From IMG/VR virus record IMGVR_UViG_3300042444_000090, positions 1 through 61,111 of that record: DNA of 61,111 nucleotides; one strand, written 5' to 3'. Shown here piece after piece: positions 9,465 to 18,351 of the stretch. The translations under genes and the position numbers were made by a program. The stretch comes from a virus (Duplodnaviria > Caudoviricetes). The notes beneath the pieces are model-generated. The model did not search any database and was not told the origin of the DNA. It saw only the letters and a list, made by a program, of their open reading frames with translations. Position 1 is the first letter of the stretch. The number at the start of each line of letters is the position of its first letter.

Positions 9465-10190
9465 CTAATTTTTGTCAAGCGCCTTTTTTATCATCAATTC
9501 TATTGGGGCAAAATCCCCATCAATTGAGTAATGTGCGTCTTTGTATTTGACGATGGAATCTGGCAGCGGGGGGTGCGTTTCCTGAATAAGCGGGCGATTC
9601 AATCCTGCCGCTATCCAAAACGGCGCGGATTGATTTCCAATGAATAAGGCGCTTCCTTCAATTAACTGTGCAAGTTCCAACAAATTGTTGACCCATATAC
9701 TGTCAACCGATCCAAAGCTGCTCGTAAAATCTCCGCGCTCATCATAGAGGCCAACGAAAATTATCTGTCCACGGTATTTATCTACAATCTTTCCCCAAGG
9801 GAACGAGTCGTTTCGATATCTATGCGATCTGCAGCACAATATTTTGCCATCGGTTCTAGAATCTGGAGCAACGTCCAGCCATCGGAACGTGCTCGGATTG
9901 GAAATCCCAAGAGTTCTGGCCTGCATTTCAATGATTGGATGCTGGCCCCAATATTTTCTGAATCCCGTAACATCGTAATCGATGTTTTCAGGTGATTTTT
10001 CATAAACAACCGAATCGATGTACGGTTGAATTTCTAAGAGCGGCTTTAGGGAGTCGAACTTAAACCCCTCCATCAGCAAATGCGGCTGATGGTTGTGGTC
10101 TGTAATGACCAAAGTTCCGCCCCCAAGCGCTCTCATGCTTGGAAGAAACGCAATGATATCTCCAATATGGCCCGAATGCAGAAATCTCAT
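9465..10190 (-). CDS. Glycosyltransferase, GT9 (heptosyltransferase)-like GT-B fold
   Basis: HSGHIGDII N-terminal motif; LLELAQLIEGSALFIGNQSAPFWIAAGL matches the GT9 C-terminal motif. Confidence 0.8.
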   Translation of the reverse strand: MRFLHSGHIGDIIAFLPSMRALGGGTLVITDHNHQPHLLMEGFKFDSLKPLLEIQPYIDSVVYEKSPENIDYDVTGFRKYWGQHPIIEMQARTLGISNPSTFRWLDVAPDSRTDGKILCCRSHRYRNDSFPWGKIVDKYRGQIIFVGLYDERGDFTSSFGSVDSIWVNNLLELAQLIEGSALFIGNQSAPFWIAAGLNRPLIQETHPPLPDSIVKYKDAHYSIDGDFAPIELMIKKALDKN

Positions 10191-10205
10191 CGTTGAAATG
10201 TTTTC

Positions 10206-10793
10206 TCACCGTACAAACTCCCTTAGTTCGGACGATTTAGACCTTTCTCTGGTTTTTTTGGCGTGAAATAACAAGGGCAAAACGTCTTGAAGTGTTGATT
10301 CAATGTTCAAAACGTCTGCCTCGTTTCTTTCTTTTCCAGCTTCCTCCAGTGGTTCTGCCAAAAACTTGGCGATAGCAGCGCTGCAATGCTGCTGACTTGC
10401 GTAAAACAGGTAGGAAGGCTCTCCCGTCACGGCGAGAATTGTAGATTGCGCTTCATACTTGTCGGCAGCGTCTGTTGGGAAGTTTATGTTGGCGACATCG
10501 TAGTCAGACATCCATCCCCCTCCTGCAGCGTGTAATGCACACCATCTGCGATATCTTGCCGCTATTTTAGAATACTCGTCGGCCTTGCCCTGATCCAATA
10601 GCCTAGCAAGATCTACCAATTTCTTAGTCAATTTGAAGTAGAAGTTGCTGTTTTTCGCATGGCTTGCGTTAAGCATCACGCATTCCCAACCGTGTCTCTC
10701 CCAAGATGACTTCCATATATTCGCACAGGCGAATTCTTCTTGTTGAGGAAAGCCCTGAAGGGACTCGTAGTAGGAGTAAATCTTCTTTTTCAT
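10206..10793 (-). CDS. Glycosyltransferase-like, DxD (GT32-like)
   Basis: RW.ALHAAGGGWMSDYDV resembles the GT32 GGxYxDxD motif; start set at MKKKIY by ATGA coupling. Confidence 0.6.
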   Translation of the reverse strand: MKKKIYSYYESLQGFPQQEEFACANIWKSSWERHGWECVMLNASHAKNSNFYFKLTKKLVDLARLLDQGKADEYSKIAARYRRWCALHAAGGGWMSDYDVANINFPTDAADKYEAQSTILAVTGEPSYLFYASQQHCSAAIAKFLAEPLEEAGKERNEADVLNIESTLQDVLPLLFHAKKTRERSKSSELREFVR

Positions 10794-11863
10794 CCGTAGA
10801 TTTTGTATCCAACGTGATAAACGGGCAGACCAAGGTCTATGTGGGCCTGATGTCCAGCATCTTTGGCTCGCAGACAAAATGAAACGTCCTCGCCGCGCTC
10901 GGCATCAAACTCCCTGAAATAATCGTAGTCATAATCAGGAGTTTTTACCCTCAAGCTGTCTCCAAATTTTTCTCGGATTGCTGAAAAGACGTTTCTGTGG
11001 ATCAGAAGGCATCCTGTAGCAACCCAATCCACAGGAACAACGGCATCATCGCTGTTTTGCACACGGGACGCCAATTGCGTGTTGGAACACATAAGAAGAC
11101 CGTTTTCCTGTCTTCCGAAATATGGCCCCCCTATGAGCGTTTTCCCGCTTCCGATCAATCGGTGAAGAACGTGACGCTGTAGTGCCGTTTCCGTCTTGTT
11201 TCTCGACGGAGGAACCCAATAACGCATCCAGTTCGGCCTGCCAATACAGGGAACGATGTCATCATCGATCATCAGCAAATACTTGGCATCAGTTTCCAAG
11301 AATTTTGCTGCCATACGGTTCCTTGAGTGTCCGATTTTGGCGTCACCAAGGCACATTTCAAAGCGCAGCTTGTCTTTGCCGAAATCAAGCGCCAAAGCCA
11401 TGCAAGCCTGCATTGTTAATCCGTTGTGCGGCCCCTTGTGGAAGCAGCATCCAAGCATGATGTCGCGTCCGACAAACTCGCAACGGTATGATGGCGCTCC
11501 TTCGGCTGACCGTGACTCGGTGATTGGGTTAATAAAGTCAGGATCAATTGAATTTTCGGGTGCTTTTTCGATCTGAGAAAGCGCCTTTCCCTTTTTTGGT
11601 TTTTCGGGTTTTGCTGGCTTTGTTGATGTTTTGATTTGAACCTTCGGAGCGGGTGCTTGAGGCTTTTCCACTTGTTCGGCGGGTTTGTTTTGCTCTACAG
11701 GCTTGGACACAGGCTCATCGAACCGTGACAGATCTCGGTCTGTCGGAGGCACATAAGGCTGTTTTAACTCCTGCTGTGGAGCGCCGGGCCTTGTAAACGG
11801 ATCAAACGAATCCAAGGCATTCATTGTTATTTTCTCGTCAGGACTAACACGGTTTTCAGACAT
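10790..11863 (-). CDS. GT2-like (GT-A) glycosyltransferase with Pro/Lys-rich N-terminal extension
   Basis: SRNRMAAKFL, YLLMIDDDI, WVATGCLLIHRNVF, GEDVSFCLRAK, HVG motifs. Confidence 0.8.
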   Translation of the reverse strand: MSENRVSPDEKITMNALDSFDPFTRPGAPQQELKQPYVPPTDRDLSRFDEPVSKPVEQNKPAEQVEKPQAPAPKVQIKTSTKPAKPEKPKKGKALSQIEKAPENSIDPDFINPITESRSAEGAPSYRCEFVGRDIMLGCCFHKGPHNGLTMQACMALALDFGKDKLRFEMCLGDAKIGHSRNRMAAKFLETDAKYLLMIDDDIVPCIGRPNWMRYWVPPSRNKTETALQRHVLHRLIGSGKTLIGGPYFGRQENGLLMCSNTQLASRVQNSDDAVVPVDWVATGCLLIHRNVFSAIREKFGDSLRVKTPDYDYDYFREFDAERGEDVSFCLRAKDAGHQAHIDLGLPVYHVGYKIYG

Positions 11864-11928
11864 AATTTTGGTAAGTTTATCCTGAAGGAAACTTTTGGTT
11901 TCCCCCAATATATTTATGAGCCTTTGCA

Positions 11929-13212
11929 CTAGATTCCAGCCTCTTCAAGACCAAGGTCAATGGCATCGCTGGCCGACATTTTAATCCTGTCGTTCAGGCT
12001 GCTTCCCTTGCTTGCATTAGATCCAGTAACCGTGCTCTTAGGCATACGTGATGCGCCTTTAATTTTGCTGTTTTCGTCGTTCAGGCGCTTTAGCTGAGCC
12101 TCAAGTTGCTGCCTTGCCTGTTGTTCGGCCTGCAATTGTTCAACAAGAACGTGAGAGAATACTGCCGCAGCAGCGACTTCTGCCCTTTCCTGAGATGTTG
12201 TCGGCCACAATGCAGATTCAAACTTATCGGCTAAGTCTGTTACTTTCGCGTTGTGTTTTTCGATAGCTTCTCGCTCTTCAGGCGTTGCGTTAGGATTCGG
12301 TTCGTAGAACCTTGCCCAAGGAATTTCTTTAGTGACGCCATCAATGTGCTGGTAGATTTGTGCTCTTTCATTTTCGTACCAGTTCAAATTGGCCTGACCG
12401 CGCTTTACCATGAACTCTTCAATGTTATTCGCGGCATTTTCAATTTCTGTCTGTTGGGCGGTTTTGAGCTTGTTGATCTCTTTAAGCCCATCCTTGAGCA
12501 TTTCCGCATCAAGCATCGGAAGCCTGTCGATAGCGTTGGTTTTCCACCAATTCTGATCGATTTTGTCTGGCCCCCCTGCCTTCTCAATCGATGCAATGAC
12601 ATCTTCTGAGGCTCCATGTTTACGCAAAAGTCCGTAAACAGATTCTTTTGCGCTAGAGATTGGCTTTTCGTAGCGAGCTTGAAACTCTGAGTCGTTTTTC
12701 AGGTCAAAGATCTGCCTGAATTTTTTCAGATCTTCATAATCAGGGGGAAGCTGTTGCTGCTGTTGTCCCGATTCCATCTGCTGAACCCGTTGGCGCAACG
12801 CTTCGGCCTCTTGAGCCTGACGCTTGTAGACGGATGCTGTCTCTTGGAGCTTTTTCCAATTGTTCCTATTGGCCTCAGAAAGGTTTCTAGGTTGCTCAAT
12901 TGACGCGATTTCTGGATCAATCTCGGTAGCCTGCTGCTCATCTTGCGTTGGCGCTGGAGTTACGGCATTGCCCTGCAGTGCCGCTTTTACCTGTTCTGAG
13001 CTAACAGGCTCAGGAGCCTCTTCAGGTTCTGGCGCAATGGCTTCTTCGGATTCCTTGACTGCCTCATCAAGCAACGAATCGATTGCGGCATCTGTATCGT
13101 TGTCAATTTTGTCGGCATCCAAAGACGGATTTCCGAATCCTGCTGCTGGAGTGGGATCTGGAACAATATTTTCCTGATCTTGTGTGGGTTCTGTATCGAT
13201 GTCTGTTGTCAT
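11929..13212 (-). CDS. Capsid scaffolding protein
   Basis: 427 aa acidic N-terminus, long coiled coils, between portal and capsid genes. Confidence 0.65.
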   Translation of the reverse strand: MTTDIDTEPTQDQENIVPDPTPAAGFGNPSLDADKIDNDTDAAIDSLLDEAVKESEEAIAPEPEEAPEPVSSEQVKAALQGNAVTPAPTQDEQQATEIDPEIASIEQPRNLSEANRNNWKKLQETASVYKRQAQEAEALRQRVQQMESGQQQQQLPPDYEDLKKFRQIFDLKNDSEFQARYEKPISSAKESVYGLLRKHGASEDVIASIEKAGGPDKIDQNWWKTNAIDRLPMLDAEMLKDGLKEINKLKTAQQTEIENAANNIEEFMVKRGQANLNWYENERAQIYQHIDGVTKEIPWARFYEPNPNATPEEREAIEKHNAKVTDLADKFESALWPTTSQERAEVAAAAVFSHVLVEQLQAEQQARQQLEAQLKRLNDENSKIKGASRMPKSTVTGSNASKGSSLNDRIKMSASDAIDLGLEEAGI

Positions 13213-13217
13213 AGAGT

Positions 13218-13475
13218 TTATTTATTTCGCATGGATTTGGCTCCACGGCATTTCCATTTCTTCCTAGAAAGACTATTTGGCGAATTCGGATCGTTTTTCC
13301 AATCGCCTTTGATTTTTAGAGAGCGAGCGCAATATGCATCCCCCTTCTTTGTGCCGGGACGAATACGGTCTTTGCCATCTTTGGCCTTTCCAGCCTGACC
13401 GTATTTCACAGTGCGTGTTCTTCCCGTGGCCTTATTGGTCACAATCTTGGTAAATCGCTTTTTGATCGTCGCCAT
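13218..13475 (-). CDS. Small basic conserved phage protein
   Basis: VKYGQAG..RIRPGTKKGDAYCARS..DPNSPNSLSRKKWKC motif familiar from phage head regions. Confidence 0.65.
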   Translation of the reverse strand: MATIKKRFTKIVTNKATGRTRTVKYGQAGKAKDGKDRIRPGTKKGDAYCARSLKIKGDWKNDPNSPNSLSRKKWKCRGAKSMRNK

Positions 13476-13485
13476 AATCTGCTCT

Positions 13486-13725
13486 TTACATTTCGATAAA
13501 TTTGCCGCTAGACGGATCAAGATTTTGATCAGGATCTGACAACATCTCTTGCACGTCTTTGACTGCCTTTTCATAGCCCTCTTTGTATTTGGCTTCTAAC
13601 GCAACAGTCTCAATGGTTTTCCCATTGCACAGAGGAATGCGCGACTGAAGGACTTGCAGCAGTTTCCCTCCAGAGCGTTTGTGATAGTCGCGCAACAGCG
13701 CAATGTCGGATTCTTCCCAATTCAT
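13486..13725 (-). CDS. Small hypothetical protein (portal-neighbour type)
   Basis: 79-aa ORF coupled to GT34 gene. Confidence 0.6.
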   Translation of the reverse strand: MNWEESDIALLRDYHKRSGGKLLQVLQSRIPLCNGKTIETVALEAKYKEGYEKAVKDVQEMLSDPDQNLDPSSGKFIEM

Positions 13726-14333
13726 TGTATGTATTGTTTTAATATTTCGATTCGGATTTCGTTTTCAAGGCTAGGCAGATGCAGCGCAAAATCTCCGTTT
13801 TGCCAGTGCGCTGAGTGACTTTTCGGATATTCATAAGCATCTGGATGGTATGAATTCAGTTCGCGCTGCGGAATGTAATGGACAATACCAGCATACGGGT
13901 AAACAGATGCAAAATGCTGTATTGCCTGCTGCTCTCCATTGGGCCTATCCCCGAAAAGCGTTTTGCCATGCGTTTTGCAAGCGTAGAAGAATGCTTTTGA
14001 CCAATCCGTGTTTCGGATCAGCATTGCTCCCGCATTCAGTCCGTTTATGTCCGCTGTCAGAAACACGTCTGCAGCAGGATTTTCGTCCAGAATCCAAGTT
14101 ATTGGCTTTGGATTTGTTATTAGAACGTCTGCGTCCAGCCACAGGACTGCGCTGTGCTTTTGGCTTAGATGTTCGCTTATTAGGTTCAGTTTTTCCCATA
14201 AACAGTTCTCCTGATCGACAATCTTGGCTTCCTGATTCCATCCGTAGGCTTCTGCAAATTTAACATGGCTAGGTATGGTCAGATCGGCCACAGCCTGCAT
14301 ATTTTCGCTATACAGACTGATGACTGACTTCAT
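13722..14333 (-). CDS. Glycosyltransferase, GT34 (GMA12/MNN10-like)
   Basis: WEKL, VLWLDADVLITN, DINGLNAGAMLIRNTDWS, EQQAI, PQRELNSY, WQNGDFALHLP motifs. Confidence 0.85.
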   Translation of the reverse strand: MKSVISLYSENMQAVADLTIPSHVKFAEAYGWNQEAKIVDQENCLWEKLNLISEHLSQKHSAVLWLDADVLITNPKPITWILDENPAADVFLTADINGLNAGAMLIRNTDWSKAFFYACKTHGKTLFGDRPNGEQQAIQHFASVYPYAGIVHYIPQRELNSYHPDAYEYPKSHSAHWQNGDFALHLPSLENEIRIEILKQYIQ

Positions 14334-14692
14334 TTTTTCATGCCTTTGGTCAGTACGGCGCGATCAGCCTTTTCTTGAGCAACATCTCGGAAGTTCGGCT
14401 TTCCTTCGCTCATTTGTTTGCGCGACTTTTTAAGGTTCGGCATGGATTCGTCCCACGCTTTGTCAAAATCGGCTTCATAGTCGATTTTTTTGATGGGTTC
14501 CATCTTCTTCATCTTGGGCATAGCCATCATTTTCTTTTTTTCCATTAGCATATATCCGCCCTTGCCAGTACGCCTTGAAGGGGGCGCCCCCTTGGATGCT
14601 TTTCTTTTTGGAGAAAGCATTTTTCCAATGCGGCTAATGTCACTTCCTGCGGGAGAAAGTATTTCTCCCATTTTTTTGATGTCTTTGTTCAT
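14330..14692 (-). CDS. Lys/Met-rich basic hypothetical protein
   Basis: ORF between portal and GT34; internal repeat KMGEILSP/RIGKMLSP. Confidence 0.6.
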   Translation of the reverse strand: MNKDIKKMGEILSPAGSDISRIGKMLSPKRKASKGAPPSRRTGKGGYMLMEKKKMMAMPKMKKMEPIKKIDYEADFDKAWDESMPNLKKSRKQMSEGKPNFRDVAQEKADRAVLTKGMKK

Positions 14693-14696
14693 ATAA

Positions 14697-17120
14697 TTAT
14701 CCTGCTGTTGGTGGTTTGGGAGGAGTGGCAACTTGGCCTACTGCACTCCATTGTGACGGCATATCTTCAGAAGCTAGTTTTCCAACTTCTTTGACTTGTG
14801 CCGACGAAACTCTGCGGGGTGAAGGCGTTGGCCCTGACGCTGCGGCGGCTGCTGGCTGCAACTCTGGCGGCGGCGGTACTGCCATACCCTTGGTAAGGTG
14901 ATCAAACGCCTGTTTGACTGCTTGCTTCATCTGCGAAATAAGCTGCGGGTTGGCTTGCTTCATTTCGGCCTGCTGCAAGTGCGTTGTGAAGTGCTTCAGG
15001 GCGCTCATAAACGGCGCAACCATCTCAGGCGGCAAGCTGCCGGGCGGGGCTTGCGCGATAACGGGGAAGAGTTTCTCCGCCATCGTAGTCAAATGGATCA
15101 CATCGTTGTCGCGAGGCGAAACAGGCACTTCCTGACCAGCAATCATGCTCTGTAGCTCAATAACTTGCTGTCTAGTCGCCTCAATCGCCAGCGCCTCGAC
15201 TTGATCTTTCGGAAGAATGACGGAATTGGCGATAGATTCGCCAACTTTGCGGCTCCAATCGAGTTTGATCAGTTCATCCTGATTGATTGCGGGGTTGCCC
15301 ATGTAGCGCTGGATCAAAAGATCCAAAATCGCCTCTTCTTGGGCCAACGTGTCAGGCAAAAGTTCCTCTGCGGACGAGTGAGCCATGAGCAAAATGTCGC
15401 TAGGCGGCAAATTGCGCTCCATCATCGCCAAACAGCATGAAATTGCGTCTTCGTCCAAGTGTTCAGGCACTTCAAAAGGCACAAGGAATGACGGAAGTTC
15501 CATCGTTGACTTCTCAAAAGCGAAAACGACTTCTTTTTTGGCCCAAACGGCATTTTTTGACTGCATTCGGGCCATGTCTAGCGCCGTTTTTAGCTCAGAT
15601 GCGGCCTTTACGTGCTCAGGATGACAAATTCCGCGCTGCATACGGGCCACAGCCTTGGAATATTGCTTAACCCAACGCATCAGGATGCCCTCGCGGATCT
15701 GTCCTTCGATTGCGGCGATGCGGTTGACCTCGCTTGCGGTCTTTTGTGTGGTGCTTCGGCCTAGCGCCTCGCCCGGCAGGAATGCGCCGATCTGAATTTC
15801 GGCCAATCCTGAGACAAACTGGTCGAGTCTGATGAAATCTTCGACATCAGACGGCAAATTTTGCGCCACAACATCGTATCCTTCGGCCACATAGGCGATA
15901 GGATGCATGACTGTAAGCGGAGGAACGCCTGCTTTAGCATTCGGCCCCTTCTTTAGCAGCAAAAGACCGCGCAAATACGTGTTATCCACCACCAAGTTGC
16001 GAGCCTTATCAATGGCAATGTGCGTGTTATAAAGATCTCGTCCCGCTCCACGGGATGACATCAGCGAACCTGAGCCAATTTCGATGGCGAACAATGCAAT
16101 AGCATCGCTCATGCGATTGTATCGATCCAACTGTGTGCAAATTTCAGACCCTGACTTGTCGCTCATCAGGTATCTGGAGATTTTTCCAGTGGGTTCTTTG
16201 ACCAGAATCTCGCCTAGCTCTACGTACTTCGCATCGTTTTCAAAAGCAGCGCCGTACGAACCCTCGCGAATCCAATCTTCATAGCGCCGTGCGTCATCAT
16301 CCGTATCAAGCGACCTTCCAATCGGCGTTGCGTTGTTGATTGCCTCGACAAGATTGTCGATATGCCAGCCAGCCAACGCTGAAAGTTCGGGATCTTCCAA
16401 AATCGGCAGCAATTCGGACACTTGGTAACGGCGCTTCCTCGCCCAAATCGGAATAGCGTCTGCCTCTTGCGGGGTTTCTATGCTGAAAAACGTGAAGTCT
16501 TGGCGCAGAAACTCAGGCTTCCAATCGCGCAAATCATCCCAACACATCGCCGTAAATCCAAAAGTGGTATTCTCATGGACAATCTGAGCGACAAGATCGT
16601 CATGGCCTCGCCATGCCCTGATACACTTCGTAATCTCCTCGCGGAAAATCTTGGTTTTATTTTCTGAATCAACGCCTTCTTTCGGGAACTTCGTGTACGT
16701 AAGCGTAGGCGTTTGCTCAATGACCTGACGGAACGGCGGCTGAATACGCGACACCATCGTGGAAAGAAATCCTGTAGGACGATTGCTCCTCCAGCTTTGC
16801 CCCATGCTTTCCAGCTTCTTTTGCTGATACGGCGGTTCGTTGTTCAGCTTCTTTTGGATAAGCTGATTCTTACGATTGCGTTCGGCATTCTGCTGCTTGA
16901 GACGCTTATAAGCGCTGTACGCTTGCTGAGTATCGCGGAAAACCCTGCGAACTTTCAAATTCTTCGGGTTTACAACATCTCCAGAAGTATTCGGGCCAGC
17001 TTCGGTAATCTGCAGTCCAATAATTTTTGGCTTGTCTGTCGCGTCACCAATACGCGCTGCTTCGTTTGCGTACGTGTCAGTAATCTCTGGCGGCAGAGGC
17101 TTAGATGTTTTAGTTGCCAT
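14697..17120 (-). CDS. Portal protein
   Basis: ~807 aa helical protein after terminase; KTASEV motif; Gln/Pro-rich C-terminus as in P22-like portals. Confidence 0.8.
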   Translation of the reverse strand: MATKTSKPLPPEITDTYANEAARIGDATDKPKIIGLQITEAGPNTSGDVVNPKNLKVRRVFRDTQQAYSAYKRLKQQNAERNRKNQLIQKKLNNEPPYQQKKLESMGQSWRSNRPTGFLSTMVSRIQPPFRQVIEQTPTLTYTKFPKEGVDSENKTKIFREEITKCIRAWRGHDDLVAQIVHENTTFGFTAMCWDDLRDWKPEFLRQDFTFFSIETPQEADAIPIWARKRRYQVSELLPILEDPELSALAGWHIDNLVEAINNATPIGRSLDTDDDARRYEDWIREGSYGAAFENDAKYVELGEILVKEPTGKISRYLMSDKSGSEICTQLDRYNRMSDAIALFAIEIGSGSLMSSRGAGRDLYNTHIAIDKARNLVVDNTYLRGLLLLKKGPNAKAGVPPLTVMHPIAYVAEGYDVVAQNLPSDVEDFIRLDQFVSGLAEIQIGAFLPGEALGRSTTQKTASEVNRIAAIEGQIREGILMRWVKQYSKAVARMQRGICHPEHVKAASELKTALDMARMQSKNAVWAKKEVVFAFEKSTMELPSFLVPFEVPEHLDEDAISCCLAMMERNLPPSDILLMAHSSAEELLPDTLAQEEAILDLLIQRYMGNPAINQDELIKLDWSRKVGESIANSVILPKDQVEALAIEATRQQVIELQSMIAGQEVPVSPRDNDVIHLTTMAEKLFPVIAQAPPGSLPPEMVAPFMSALKHFTTHLQQAEMKQANPQLISQMKQAVKQAFDHLTKGMAVPPPPELQPAAAAASGPTPSPRRVSSAQVKEVGKLASEDMPSQWSAVGQVATPPKPPTAG

Positions 17121-17122
17121 AT

Positions 17123-17704
17123 TTAGTATTTGTTTAGCCAACAATGCGGATTCAGATCTGCTGGCGTGTTAAAGTGACTCCTGTCGAAAAAGATTGCAGT
17201 TCTATTGTCATGTCTTAACTGCTTACATCCTCCAAGAGCTTTGCTTGTTTTAGTATCGCGAGCCTGTCTCAGGCCCGTTGAAAGTCTATCTGCGGCAATA
17301 ATGCACGATTTGCATCCCGATTTCCATGCCACATTGTTTGGGCAAGCCTTGCAAATCTTGGCGCGTTGTTCGGCCAAGTCATCCGAAACAAGCATATGCT
17401 GGTTCCGTGATCCTGCCAGATTCCGCGCCCAAATTGTAATATCCTGAAGAAGTTCAGAGGATCGTGACTGAATGCTGACGCTTGTAATCGCGACCATATC
17501 AACGCCATGACAATGCGTAGGATAATTGCTGCAAAGAAATGAGTTTACATCGCCCTCGACATCTCCAAGGGGCAAATGGTTTTCGGCCCTATAATTCGTG
17601 ACCGTCTCGTACAATTGATCAAGCGTAATGGCGTCGAGCCTGACATCACTCTCGTAGTAATGCCATCCGCCGGGCGGCGTAAATCCCCATATCGGTTTAG
17701 CCAT
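17123..17704 (-). CDS. Cys-rich hypothetical protein (Zn-binding likely)
   Basis: TPPGGWHY; AEQRAKICKACPNN, CKSC, LGGC, HCW. Confidence 0.65.
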   Translation of the reverse strand: MAKPIWGFTPPGGWHYYESDVRLDAITLDQLYETVTNYRAENHLPLGDVEGDVNSFLCSNYPTHCHGVDMVAITSVSIQSRSSELLQDITIWARNLAGSRNQHMLVSDDLAEQRAKICKACPNNVAWKSGCKSCIIAADRLSTGLRQARDTKTSKALGGCKQLRHDNRTAIFFDRSHFNTPADLNPHCWLNKY

Positions 17705-17729
17705 AATCGTGCTTGGGGGTTCTACCGTT

Positions 17730-18338
17730 TCATTTGAAGAGATTACGGAGCGTTCCTCCGCCTCCCTTTTGAATAACAAACTCAATAAACGCTTCCACAC
17801 GATTTGCAAAGTTATAAGTCTGATCAACCGTTGTGCCAATCTTATAATCGTAGTTTTTATCGACAAGCCTGCAAATGCAGACCGTATGCTGCGGAAAGTT
17901 TTCCTCAAGCCATTCTGGCAGCTTTACATGATGCGGGGCAGGACTTCCTTTCTGCCACATACTAAACGTGGCCTTATGATCTGGATTGTATCGGCTAGGC
18001 CAGACCATGCCCTCATACAGTTCCCAACTCGGAACGGTCACAACCAAATACCCATTGGGCTTCAGCACCTGTAGCCAGTTCTCCACCGCAACCTTCGGAT
18101 CGTGCATATGCTCCAAGCACTGGCTCGCATGGACATAATCAAACCAATTGGACTCAAAATAATGATGCAGATTGTTTGCGTCTCCATCTCCCATGTCAAA
18201 ACCCCGCACCCCATCCACCGCAATCAAATCATCCCCTGATCCGACATCAATTCCGCTTCCGCTGAATACTGTCTTCCAAAATTCAGACTCCTTCGGATCT
18301 TCAAATCTTCGGAGCATTGCTTTGCTGGATTCGCGCAT
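17730..18338 (-). CDS. Class I SAM-dependent methyltransferase
   Basis: GIDVGSG motif I, FDYVHASQCLEHM, VLKPNGYLVVTVP. Confidence 0.9.
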   Translation of the reverse strand: MRESSKAMLRRFEDPKESEFWKTVFSGSGIDVGSGDDLIAVDGVRGFDMGDGDANNLHHYFESNWFDYVHASQCLEHMHDPKVAVENWLQVLKPNGYLVVTVPSWELYEGMVWPSRYNPDHKATFSMWQKGSPAPHHVKLPEWLEENFPQHTVCICRLVDKNYDYKIGTTVDQTYNFANRVEAFIEFVIQKGGGGTLRNLFK

Positions 18339-18351
18339 AACCGTTTGTATC

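Noticed and set aside
17730-18338. Methyltransferase as a DNA methylase
   Set aside because: Lacks DPPY/NPPY or PC motifs; looks like a small-molecule or glycan class I enzyme
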